DNA of 64,000 nucleotides from Antechinus flavipes (taxonomy: Eukaryota), in the NCBI RefSeq assembly GCF_016432865.1, contig NC_067400.1, positions 617,086,001-617,150,000 on the forward strand, in the 5' to 3' direction. A model generated the notes under the pieces. The model made no database searches and was not told the origin of the DNA. It worked only from the letters and a program-made list of their open reading frames with translations. Below, in pieces: positions 32,501 to 45,700 of this stretch. Within the stretch, counting starts at the first letter, position 1. Each line of letters opens with the position of its first letter. A program made the translations under genes and the position numbers.

Positions 32501-35500
32501 CCAGGAGCTCCGGCCTCAACTAGACAGGCTCTGGGAGACTGGCTGTCGAGATCCCCTGGAGACCCGGAGAGGAAAGGAGCTGTCAAGGAAGGCAGAGTGG
32601 GGAACAGGGGTCTATAACCGGGTCCGGGAGCCCTAAGGCATGAGGGCAGGACTGGGGGGGGGGGGGAGGGGAGGCCTTGGAAAACAGCCAAGATCAGCAG
32701 AAGAGGAGGGAACCAAGGCAAACCCAACGTGGGCGAGCCCCCCCTCCCTTCTTCCTCCAGCCCCAGGTACCTGGATCTGCTTGACGAGCTTGGGGATCTG
32801 CTTGCAGTTGAGTTTGTGGCAGGCTTGCTGGTAGGCGCCGATGATCTCCTCCACTGTCACGTTCTGGGCTGAGTAAGGAGACGGACAAGTCAGGAGGAGA
32901 GAGGGAGGCACCGGTGGGGGAAAAGGGGCAGATAAGGAGCAGCTTGGTCTTCTCCCACTGTCGATACCACCTTTCCAAGCTAGTACGAGGTTGGGCAGGT
33001 GAGTGGGGCCAGCCTGGGGACGACCCTCGCCTCCTTCTTGGGCCGACCCTCGCCTCCTTCTCGGGCCCTCCCGACCCTGGTGCAGGCTGCCCTTTGCTCT
33101 CAGTGGAGTGGCGCAGGGGATCCCTGAGAGGCTGAGCCCCTCAAAAACAGAAGGGGCCTTCTATGGTCTTATCTCAGTCATAAAGGAAGAAACTCAAGTT
33201 CAGCGACTGGGGAAGAGACTTGCTCAAGGTCATGCAGTGATTAGATTCTTGTGGAAACTGCAGCCAGAGACTGCAACTCATGGAATGCTCTTAGGGGTGA
33301 AAATCTCTTGACTCCTAGATCGGGCGGTGGGCGTGCAAATGCAGCTGAGGCAGGGAAGACACAGGGATGCGGAGCAAACTCCCCCACTATAAGACCTAAG
33401 CCGAGAGGCCGAGCTCCCGCCTCTGCCCTCCGAGGCTAGCCCACAAGGCAAGGCTGGCTCCCAGAGGCCCACTTGCTTCACCTTCCCAGGGTCGGGACCC
33501 CCCATCTCTCCCCTCCCTTCCCCATGAAGGACACAGCACAGGGCACACAGTGGGCCTTAGCCACCAAACCAGTACTCGGGCAGGAAACGGGACCTTTCCA
33601 TGGCTCCTACGAGGCTGGCCTGGGAATCAGCTGCCTGGTAGTGCCATGCTGGCACTGCCCCAGGCACAAGGCCAGGGCTGGCAGGAGGTGGCTGTTTGCT
33701 CAGTCCCAGAGCTTGGGGAAGGACGGCATGGCTGCCTTCACCGAACCCTGGAGATGCCCAGATATCTGAGGGGCTCAGGGCAGATCCCCTGAAGGAGAGG
33801 ACCCCAGAAGGGCCAGCCTTTCCACAGGCTCTAACTTGCTTGATCCTCACTAACTGGGGGGGTCAGCAGGAGGGAGCAGGAATACCCCAAGGTCCGGATG
33901 AGGCTGAGAGGTGACAGGGGAAACACTGGGCTTCAAAAACAGGCCCCCACCAATCCCTGCAGGATTCTTTCCTCTAATCCACAGAATAAGAACAGAGACT
34001 AGGTCCCTAAACCTCCTGCTCACTGCCCCCGTCGGCCTGCCCCGCACTGGAAGACCTAGGAGAAGAACCCCATCGTCTGCCTGGAGCTGGTCCCTGGGCT
34101 GCGAGGGGAGTCTGAGCGCACAGTAGGGAGGGCAGAGTGAGCTGGGGCGTGTTGCTCCTGCCTCAGGAGCTCCCCCAGGTCACCCGGAGAAGGGAAGAAA
34201 GTTTCTTGGATGGCAGAATATGTGGGTGGTTGGGTGGGGCAGCTCCATCCAAGTCCTGAAGGATCCTCCCTACTCTTTCTCCCAGAATGCTAAGAGGCTG
34301 GGTTATGGGGGGAAGGGGGGAATAGGGGAAAGGATGTGTGTTACCTGGTTACCAATCAGGCCCCCTCCCCCCTTCATTCTGGTGGGGTTACAAAGGCCCC
34401 ACACCCAAATACTGGGAAGCTGACCCTGCACTGGGGCTCCCAAGTATACCTGAAACCACCCTTGCATGACTAATGCCTGCGCTGGGGTAACGAGAGCTGG
34501 GGCATCGAGTTACAGCTAACTTTAAGGGGTCAAGGGCTCTGAAGCTGAGATGCTCCGCTGCCCGCCTCCCTCCAGACTCCTCAGTGGCCGTCTGCTGGAT
34601 CCCCCCACCCCCACTCTGTCCCCATGCCAGTTCCCAGGCCGCTCGCACCTGACCTTTTTAGAAGTTTGGGCACAAGGTCTGTGCAGTTCCTTTCGAATTA
34701 CACATTCTGTCTCTGCAAGGGGACAAAGAACCCAGGGCACCCCGACAGGACCAGAATTCCCCACTGCCCAGAGCTTTGCACGAAGACGGGTCCCTGGAAG
34801 GGTGGAAAGGGTTCCTGCCCATGACCCTGCCTTGCTGGAGGGCCCTTTCTTAAGTTCATTCTTCCTTTCATGCTCAGCCTCCAGGCCCCTTCTTAGGGGA
34901 GGCTCACATGGCAGGGCTGACTCCTGCCAGCCACCAGCGGGGCACACAAGCAGGGGCGGGCAGTCACCAGACCCGAGCCATGGGCTTTGGAAGGCTTTGG
35001 TGTTCTCACTGACAAAAAGAGGGGGTGGACTGGATTCAGGGGATGAGAATGCACACCCCAGATCTGACGCCCGCTGGCTGTGTGACCATGGGCTACCAGG
35101 ACCCCTCAGGAGGGCAAAGCAGCCCAGGGCTGGTGAACTGGGTCAGGGATGGCAAGCAAGGGCGACCCAGGCCCAACCAACCGGACAGCGGCATTAGGCT
35201 GGCTAGTCTCGAGGTTGCTCCTAGCTTTCCATGTGGGGGACCCCACCATTTCTACTGTACCACTGGCATTGTAGGAGGCCTGTCCAAGAGAGCAGGAAGA
35301 GCTACATGGCCCTGAAGGTCTCTCCCAGCTCTAAGACCGTGATCTGGATCCTTGGCAGGAAGGGCAAAAGATGATGGAGGGAGCAAGAGAAGGGGGCGGA
35401 ATGCAATGGAACCACCCAGAAAGTGGAGATTGTTGCCGAATCCTTCGGAGCTTTTCCTCCCTGCCCTCCCACCTGTCCTGCTCTGTCCCTCACAGACAGT

Positions 35501-38500
35501 GCCTGCACTGACCAGGCCTTCTCCTCCTGACCCCACCTCCCCGTGTGTGCTTCTTCTGTCTATATTGACGCAGGGACCGGGAAGGGGCTCAGGCTCCCCC
35601 ATCCACCACACCAGGGTGCTGAACCAACTCTAAGCACAGTCTACCGATGCTAGCTTGGCTGTGAGCAGAGCTGGGTCCAAAAGGTGCACCCAACCCGGGT
35701 GAGCGCCGCCCTAGACAAGCCCCTTCCGTCTCCACCCGTGACCTTCGGACCTTGCCTCTTCAGCCCCCTAAATCCAGAGACAGAGGCTCTGGGGGTGTGG
35801 TTAAAGTCAGAGGGTGGCTCTCCCTCTTGGCCTTCTGCCCGCGGGCCCACCATTCTTTCTCTTAAGCCAGAGTGCCTCAGATGGGATGGCCTGGGGAGCA
35901 CAAAGACTCCTCAGCTCTGCACACTGGCAAAGTCTGGTCAAACTGGGGGAGACAGAGAGGGAAGAGTTGGGAAAAGGCTCTTAAGCCCGCAAAACATGGT
36001 AAGACATCTGTTATGAGCAACAGCCTGTACTTGGGCCCGGGGCGAAGAGGTGAAATGCGGTCCTTCCTCTCAGGTGGGTCACTTAGGGTCAAGAATCAAG
36101 ACCTGTCCAAAGATAGGTATCATCAAGACCCAAACACCAAGCACAGAAGGAGTCCCAGGTTCCATGAGACAAACGTCCCAGAGGCAGCCTTGAAGGGTAA
36201 GCAGCCCGGGACCAGGCAGAGACCAAGGAACAGGGGAAGAAAGCAATCCCTGAATGCTCAGGAACGTGAGCAGTTCAGCTTGGAGAGAAAGTAACCTGGA
36301 AAAACCGGCCCATGCCAGAATGTGGAAGCCTTGAAGGCCAAATTAAGCTCACGTTTAATCTTACTAGAAGGGGATAGAAGGGATGGGGAAAGCCACTAAG
36401 TCTTCAAGAAGCAGGGGTCAGATTAAAGAATGCCCTGTGTTGAGGTTAGAAAGGTATCCCTGCCGATGCAATATTAGGCAAACTATTAGCATGACTGACT
36501 ATCAATCATCCAATTAACAAAAACCACATGATCATCTCAATAGATTCAGAAAAAGCACTTGACAAAATCCACACCCATTTCTATTAAAATCTAGAGTACA
36601 GGAATAAAGGGACTTTTCCTTAAAACAGTCAGGAGCATCTATTTAAAACCATCAGCAAACATCATATGTAGTGGGGATAAACTGGAACCTTTCCCAGTAA
36701 GACCAGGAGTGAAACAAGGTTGCCCACCATCACTGTTACTATTCAATATTGTATCAGAAATGCTAGCTTCGGCAATAAGAGAAGAAAAAGAGATTAAAGG
36801 AAAGGTGTCCCTGGCAGGAGGAAGAAGAGAGGAAGGGGCGGGAGAAGCGCCTCCTGTGTGACGGGCGCTGTATTGCCAGCTCCTGGCCAACGGGGCTCAG
36901 GAGACCTTCCGGTGCCCCACGGGTCAGGGCTGGCTGCTGGCCAAGGGAACATCACCTACAAACACTGCAGGTGTTTGTTCTGGTCGCACCGCAGGGGAGC
37001 TGCCTTTGTTCTGGTTAATAAGAGTCACTACCCACTGCTGAGGTCCAGCCTGTCTGGGCTAAACCATGAGGGGACCAAAAACCCAGAGAACACGGAAAAG
37101 TCCCGAAAGAACTTTGGAACATCGCCTCAAAGAGCTCCAGAGGTCTAGAGACAGGAAGAAGCCTACACGGGGGATGACGGGTCCAAACGCAGACACTCTG
37201 GCTCCTCCAGGGCCGGTGTTCGGATATATATCATAGGACCTCACCATCCCCCTTAGAGAGTCCATAATGGCAACAAGGGAAAAAGACCAACAGCAGGAAT
37301 ATCATTTGTCATTTCTATTTCAGCAGCTGGAAGGGAAGGAACAAGAGACACCCTTTGACCCTCCTCAACCAAATCAACTTTGGCCCTGAAGCTAGTGGAC
37401 TTTGGGGAAGGAGGAGCCCTCCAAGAGGCTGGAAAAAAGAAAGCTCCTATGGACCACTCAGGAATCATCAAGATAAATACAGCTATCGTTTAGACAGGAA
37501 TAGAAGGTCTGCAAAGCACTTGACAATATCTGCTTTATCTTTCACAACTCTGGGAGGTTATTTTACAGATGAGAAAACTGAGGCAAATAGAGACTTACCC
37601 GGGATAACACAGCTAGTATCTGAGGCTAGATTTGAACTCACACATTTCTGGCTCCAGACCTAGCACCCTATACACGGCGCCACCTCGCTGCCTCTTCAGA
37701 AAATGATGTGGAAAAGGTGTTGGATATAGCCGGCACAGGACAAATCAAAAATAAAAGTGACTTTGTCTCAAATCGGGATGACTTGGAGAGACCCGAGACT
37801 CATCACACCCCCAGAGCCGGGGCCTCCTAAAAGCTTCAACTAGTCACAACCTGCCCTCCTCGCTGCCTCTGAGCCCTTACAGTCTGGCTCCTCGGACCAG
37901 GGATCTCTTAAGCTTCAAAACCCATGAGTCTTTTCTCCTAGATTTCTCTGCAGCCCCGGACATTCTTGGTCCCTCTCTCCTCCTCAATGCTCTTTTTTCT
38001 CTCTAAATTTTTGGGACACCCCTCTTTCCCCTTGTTCTCTTCCCCCTTTTCAGTCTGCTCTTCCACATCCTCCACATTTCCTCCCTCTCTGACCTTGGGT
38101 GTCCAGTCCCTTTTCTTCTTCTATACCTCTTCACCTGGTGATCTCATTAGCTGCTCCCAGAGATTTAATTACAGGCTCTTTCCCAGCTACCTTCCCTAGC
38201 CTTTCTGCTGACAACCAATCTGACACCTCTAGATGCCTTTCAGAGAGATGCAGGAGGCATCTTAAACCTAGCATGTCTAAAACCAAATTCATCATCTTTC
38301 TCTCTAACTCCTCCCCTCCTTCTTACCTTCCCTAATACCATAGGGAGGACGTAATCTCATCTTCCCCTCGCAGCCGTCTCTCTCATTTATTTTTTATTTA
38401 TCCTGTCTATAGTTTGTTCAGTGGAATTTGATGCTTGTATACATTGGTTTGCCTGTCTCGTTCTCCCATGGGACCATGAGCTCCCCCAGGGCTTTTACCT

Positions 38501-39760
38501 CTTTTTGTAGCCCCAGTGCTTAATAAATGTCTATTGTTCAAGGTACTTATCAGGCCACTTAGTTCCTCACTTAGAACAGGCCAACTCAGAGAGACTTACA
38601 TGAACTGATGTTAAGTGAAATGAGCAGAACCAGGAGATCATTATACACTTCAACAATGATATTGTATGAGGATGTATTCTGATGGAAGTAGATTTCTTTG
38701 ACAAAGAGACCTAACTCCATTTCAATTGATAAATGATGAACAAAAGAGATACTAAAGAAGGGAAAGGGACCTGTATGTGCCAAAATGTTTGTGGCAGCCC
38801 TGTTTGTAGTGGCTAGAAACTGGAAATTGAATGGATGCCCATCAATTGGAGAATGGTTGGGTAAATTGTGGTATATGAATGTTATGGAATATTATTGTTC
38901 TGTAAGAAATGACCAGCAGGATGAATACAGAGAGGCTTAGAGAGACTTACATGAACTGATGCTAAGTGAAATGAGCAGAACCAGGAGATCATTATACACT
39001 TCAACAACGATATTGTATGAGGATGTATTCTGATGGAAGTGGATTTCTTTGACAAAGAGACCTAACTCAGTTTCAATGGATAAATGATGGACAGAAGAAG
39101 CTACACCCAAAGAAAGAACACTAGGAAACGAATATGAACTATTTGCATTTTTGTTTTTCTTCCCGGGTTATTTTTACCTTCTGAATCCAATTCTCCCTGT
39201 GCAACAAGAGAACTGTTCGGTTCTGCAAACATATACTGTATCTAGGATATACTGCAACATATCTAACATATATAGGATTGCTTGCCATCTAGGGGAGGGA
39301 ATTGAGGGAGGGAAGGAAAAAAATCGGAACAGAAATGAGTGCAAGGGATAATGTTGTAAAAAAATTACCCTGGTATGGATTCTGTTAATATAAAGTTATT
39401 ATTAAATAAAATAAAATAAAATATTAAAAAAAAAAAGATAAATGATGGACAGAAGCAGCTACACCCAAAGAAAGAACACTGGGAAATGAATGTGAACTAT
39501 TTGCATTTTTGTTTTTCTTCCCGGGTTATTTTTACATTCTGAATCCAATTCTCCCTGTGCAACAAGAGAATTGTTAGGTTCTGCAAACATATATTGTATC
39601 TAGGATATACTGCAACATATTTAACACATATAGGACTGCTTGCCATCTAGGGGAGGGGATGGAGGGAAGAAGGGGAAAAATCGAAACAGAAGCAAGTACA
39701 AGGGATAATGTTGTAAAAAAATTACCCTGACATGGGTTCTGTCAATAAAAAGTTATTATT

Positions 39761-39791
<31 letters not shown>

Positions 39792-42700
39792 AAGAAGAAG
39801 AAGAAGAAGAAGAAGAAGAAGAAGAAGAAGAAGAAGAGGCCAACTCAATCAGTCCCCATTGATTTAAAAAAAAAAGAAAGAAAGAAAGAAAAAAAAGGCT
39901 TTTGCCAGCCCATAGGCTGAGCAGGTACTGATGGAGAGTCGCCAGGATCTTAAGAGCTCATTTTCATCCAACCAGCAACTGCAGCAGGGTCAAAGTAAGT
40001 CAAAGAGGAGAGAGAAAGGGTTTAGGGCTGGCTAGATCTGTCCTGGAACACTGCCATGGTAGCTCTCTCCATTGGGGTGGGGGACCTTTCCCTGATCCTT
40101 ACAATTCCAGCCCTCAATTCAGACCAAAACAAAGAAGCTGCCTTTGAAGTCTACACCATCCTCAAGGGGAATGGAAAAGGAGCTGATGGAACAGGAGGAA
40201 GAGCTATAGGAGGGGAGGAGTGGACATAAGGGAGGAAAAGATGACCAACAAGGCAAGATGAAAGATAAAAGCTGACCTCAGCAACAAATTAGAAGATCAC
40301 AATGAGAAGAGACCATAAAACCATTTCTTATGATTGTCAGACAATTTTCATGGCTGTGAACCAAGCATTAGCGTGAGGAGCAGCACTCCCCCGGCCAACA
40401 CTTACTCGTGGGTCATAAATGGAAATTGACACCCGATTTAGAGCAGAAACCCAAGCGCAAACAACTTCAGCTGAGACTGGCAGAAAATGAATGTTATGAT
40501 CTCATAAAACAACAGAAAGCAGAAGGGAGAAAAATGAGCCAGAAAAACACATTGAGATGCCAACTAAACCAGGTCATTGCCAGAGTATCCTGGAAGGACA
40601 ACAAATAGAACCAAAACGGAACAGACTTCCAAGGGCTTCTGCTGGAAGCAATGGATGGCAATAACTTTACCCATCTGTTTTTAAAAGGAGAAATGGTCTA
40701 AGACAAAGTAGTGAGCACGGCAATAGTCTGAGCCTGAACAAGAGGGGAAAAAAGTCACTCTGGAAGCAAAAAAATTTTAAGGGGACAGAAAGGAAGGTTT
40801 CCAAAATATTTCCAATAAAAGATACTAAAAGAATAAGAAAGAAAACGGATCCCCAGTATTATTACTGATGGACAATAGGATATTATATTCTCCTTAGTGT
40901 AACCTCCTTATGAGAACACTTTAATGAAGATCCTCCCAAACCAACAATTCTCTACAGCAGACGACATCCTTACAGCCATCCATGTGATGAAAAGATGCAG
41001 AGCATACAAGATCCCACTGTTTCTTGTCTACAGGTAACAAAAAGGCATCTGATGCAACAAAGTAACACCAAGTACCTCCTCCAACAGGTGTACAAGATTA
41101 GAAGGAACAAACTGGGAAATATTTTTTTACATCTAAGGGTTCTGATAAAGGTTTCATTTCTAAAATATAGAGAGAACTGACTCAAATTTATAAGAATTCA
41201 AGTCATCTCCAAATGATAAATGGCCAAAGGATATGAATAATTTTCAGATGAAATTAAAGTCATCTTTATGAAAAAAATACTCTAAATTACTACTGTTTAA
41301 AGAAATGCAAATTAAGACAATTCTGAGGTACCACTACACATCTCTCAGATTGGCTAAGATGACAGGAAAAGATAATAAAAAGTGTTGGAGAGGATGTGGG
41401 AAAACTGGAACACTGATACATTGTTGGTGGAACTGATCCGACCATTCTATAGAGCAATTTGGAACCATGCCCAAAGGCTATCAAACTGTGTGCATCTTTT
41501 AATGCAGACTAGCTCCATATCCCAGAGATCATAAAAAAAGGGGAAAGGACTCACATGGGCAAAAATGTTTGCAGCAGCCCTTTTTGAAGTGGCAAGAAAT
41601 TGGAAAGTGAATGGATGTTCATCAATTGGAGAATGACTGAATGGATTATGGAATATTATTGTTTTATCCTAATTTTTTTTTTTTTTTTTTTGCTGCTGCT
41701 GAGGCAAATGGGATTAAGTGACTTGCTCAGGGTCACAGAGCTAGGAAGTGTTAAGTGTCTGAAGCCAGATTTGAACTCAGGTCCTTCTGATTTCAGTGTT
41801 GGTGCTCTATCCACTGCACCACGTAGCTACCCCGAATATTATTGTTTTATAAGAAATCATTAGTATGATTTCAGAAAGGCTTGGGGAGATTTACGTGAAT
41901 TGATGCTGAATGAAGAGAGCAGAACCAGGAGATCATTATACATGGCAACAAGATTATACGATGATCAATTCTGATGGACGTGACTCTTTTCAACAATGAG
42001 GTAATTCAGGCCAATTTCAATAAATTATGATGAAGAGAACCATTTGCAACCACATCTCCTTTCTAGGTTACCCCTCCATGAGACTTCACTGTCTTTCACT
42101 ACTAAAAGAGAAGTCCCTAGAGGGCAGGGACTCTCTCATTTTTATATTTTTATTTTGGTTCTCTGATGCTGAAGCTGCTTCTCTTCATAGCCTTCTCACA
42201 TATCTCACACCCCTATTTACCGAGGGAAGTTGGAATTCTCCCTGCTCTCCACTGCCACCGCTGGACTTTCCCATTAAGCTTTCATTCAGGGATCTCCCCT
42301 CATTTGGGACTCACACTCTAAATCTACCACTCAGTTTTGATTTAGACACCCATCTTGATCTGCCTCCTTGCTGTTCCAGGAGACAGACCCGATCCTTCAA
42401 TCCCCCTCCCTAACACCGGGACCCTCTGGCTTAGATTCAATGCCCTTCCATCTACCTACCAACATGCCCGTGTAAGATGGTTATGTCGAGTACCTGGCTG
42501 CTGTCGCTCTCACTGAATTCAAACCCACTGCAATCAAGTGCTGACATCATGACTCAGCCGAAACCATTTCTCTGTCCGACTGGCCTTTCCTCCAACCTGA
42601 ACTTTCCCAGCCTCTGAAGTATCTGACAATAAGGTAATGGATTAGTTTTTTCTGGTTCTTTCTTAGGTTCTTTGGCTGTTCTTTGGGTATGTCACCTTAA

Positions 42701-45700
42701 CTAACCAGAGGTCTCCCCCCACCCAGGCTCTGTAACGGGCCCACTTCTTTTTTTATATTGTTTACCGATCTTCTCGGCTCCCCTCAGACAATCCTCTACA
42801 TGCTGATGATTTCTCCATTCCAGTCCCATTTTGTCCAAAGCTACAGTTTTCAGTCATCCAATGCCTTTTGGACTTCTTGAACCACACACCCCTTCAGCAT
42901 TTCAAAATCAACATGTCAAAAACACAGGTTTTTATTTTTCCTGCGACCTTTTCCAAATTCCTCCATTTTTTAAATTTAAAAAATTTTAAGCAACAAAAAT
43001 AGCCTTCTCTCTCTCCATTCTTTCTCTCTCATCACCATTCTTTCAAACATGTATAATCAAGCAAAACAAATTGTTGCTTAAGTCTTTTTTTTTAAGTGTC
43101 AATCTGCACCGTGACTCCACCACCCACCTGACTCAGGAGGTGCATGTGATTTTCATCATGAATCGTCAGGAATGTGTCAATCAAAATCTTTCCAAATTAT
43201 TTTTCTTCTGTTTTTAAGCAATTCACTAAATGATGAGCAACGCCCTCAGTTTCAAATCTTTGCCAACACAAGATTAATACACATATTTTTATAAATATGG
43301 GTCCTTTCACCTTGACAGTAAGGTGGTCCTGGGCCCAAAGGCAGGAAGGCCCAAATTCTGAGCTAACTTCAGATACTACTCTTGTCATCTTGGACAAGTG
43401 TCTCACCTCTGCTTACCTTAGTTTCCTCATCTGTAACATGGGGATAAAAAAAGGTTGTTGAGAATCAAATGACCTATTTATAAGGAGTTAAGTAATTAAA
43501 TGCTAGTTATTATTATTAAGGATATAGATCTAGCAATGGTACAACTGGGTCAAAGGGTATACAATTTAATGACTTTGGGAGCACATTGCTTTCTGCGATA
43601 GCCAGGTCTCTTCATGGCCCCTCAAGCATTTATTTTCAATTTTTGTTCATTTAGCCAATTCCCGAGTGTGAAGTGTCATTTTAGCTTGCATTCTTCTCAT
43701 TTGTGATTTGGGAGCATTTTTTCAAATGTGGCCATATCTTCCTCTGGAAATGGACTATTTATATTCTTTGACCATTTGTCAACTGAGGATGGATATTCTT
43801 TAATTCATGATGCTACCCTATGTCTATAAGTCTCCATTTGGAGCTTATCTTGGTACAGCATGAGATGTTGCCCTATAAGGAGTTTCCGCCAGGACAAAAT
43901 CCAGTTTTCCCAGTTTTTGTCAAATACTAGTGACTTTGTACCCCAACAGCTGCGATCTTTGGGTTCCCCAAACATGAGGCTGCTAAGCATGTTCGCTTCT
44001 ACACACATATACCTAATCTGGTGCACTGAGGAGCTTATTTCTTAATCAAATCACTTTGAGGACTATGGCTTACACCTGGTTAAGTGCTCAATGTTTACTA
44101 ATGGATTGATTAATATTCCCAGGCCCCATTCTCACTTTTTAAAAAATTTTTATTTTTATTTCCCTTCATATTTTTGACCACTTTATCCTCTGGATGATTT
44201 TTTTCCCTCTAGCTCTATGAAGTAATTTTTTGATGGTTAGATTAGAATGGTACTGGTTTAGACAATAATGTAATTTCTATCATATTGACCTAAGCTACCT
44301 GTGAGCAATTAATGTTTTTCCAAGTACTGAAACCAGTCTTTATTTGGGCAAGGTATTTTTACTTATATTTACATTGCTCCCAAGTGTGTTGTGGCGCACA
44401 AACTCCCAAATATTTAATACTTTGATTTTAAATGGTATTTATCCTTTTATAGCTACCTGCCGGGTTTTCTAATTTTAAGAAATGCTGGGAATTTATGTGG
44501 GTCCTGCAATTTTTGTTGATGTTAATGGTTTCAATTATTTTTAGATCATTTCCCTAAGCAAACCATTAAGAGCAATTATTTTATTTCCTCTTGGTCTATG
44601 CTGACTCTATGCTGAATGGTGATAATGGACATTCTTGCTTTATTCCTGATCTTAGGGAAAAGCCTCTACCTTATTCTATCACAGATAAGCCTAGGTCTTG
44701 GCTTTACTTGGATACAACTTATACTGAAGAAAGATCCATTTATTCCTATGGCTTCCAGTATTTTTAAACTGGAATGAGTATTATAGCTGGTCAAGATTTT
44801 TCTATATCTATTGACAAAATGTGATTTCTGTTGTTCTTGTTATCAAATGCTCACGCTTATAGTTATGCTCATGTCGCAAACACTCAGCGTTGCTGATAGA
44901 AATCCGACCTAGCCTCGGTATTTAAGATGATGACGACATGTTGCCTTTCCTGAAACTTCCTTCCAACTGATCTGAGTGTTTCCAGGATGCACTTGGTCAC
45001 TCACAGGTTGTCTGCCCTGTCAGATGGGGGAGGGGGGACTACGACTCCATGAAGGCCTGGTCTGCTTTTGTCTTTGCATTCCTGGGGCTGAGATGATTCA
45101 GCACCAAACCTTGATGATCTTATCAGTGGAAATGACATTTAAGAAGAGTCATCACCATCTGCTATATCATCTGATCAGCTGTTCCCCAAGAGCTAGACCC
45201 AATACTTTGCAACGAAAGCTGGGTAAGTGTGACCCTCGCCCTCCCCCCATTTATTGAATAAATGCCATCCTAGTTGTTATGTTGGAATTCTCAGAAGGCT
45301 CTCAACCCTTCTGATACCCAACTCCCTAGAGGGCTGACGCCTCACCAGCTCACCCTCAGCCTTCTTGAACCTTGGAGGCCAGACTGAGCACAGTGCTGCA
45401 CAGGGAGCTGGCCAGGGCACAGGGTGGTGCCTTCTTGCACACTTACATGCTGCTCCACATCCCACTAAGCCCCCCAGATCTTGAGAACAAATAGGGCCTA
45501 TCTCCTCCCCTACCCTATACTGGGTCCTGAAGGGCAAGACTTTAATCATCCCTGGTATTACCTCATAAACGTTTGCCCAATCCTTGAGAGCCGGTTGGGG
45601 TCCTTTTGGATCCCGGCTCTGTCAGCCAGCACGTCAGCTATCCCTCCCCATGTGGCGTCATCTCCAAATTAATAAATGTGCCATGTTAGCCAACCCTCTG

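Noticed and set aside
39732-39920. Poly-lysine ORF
   Set aside because: Translation of the (AAG)25 repeat.
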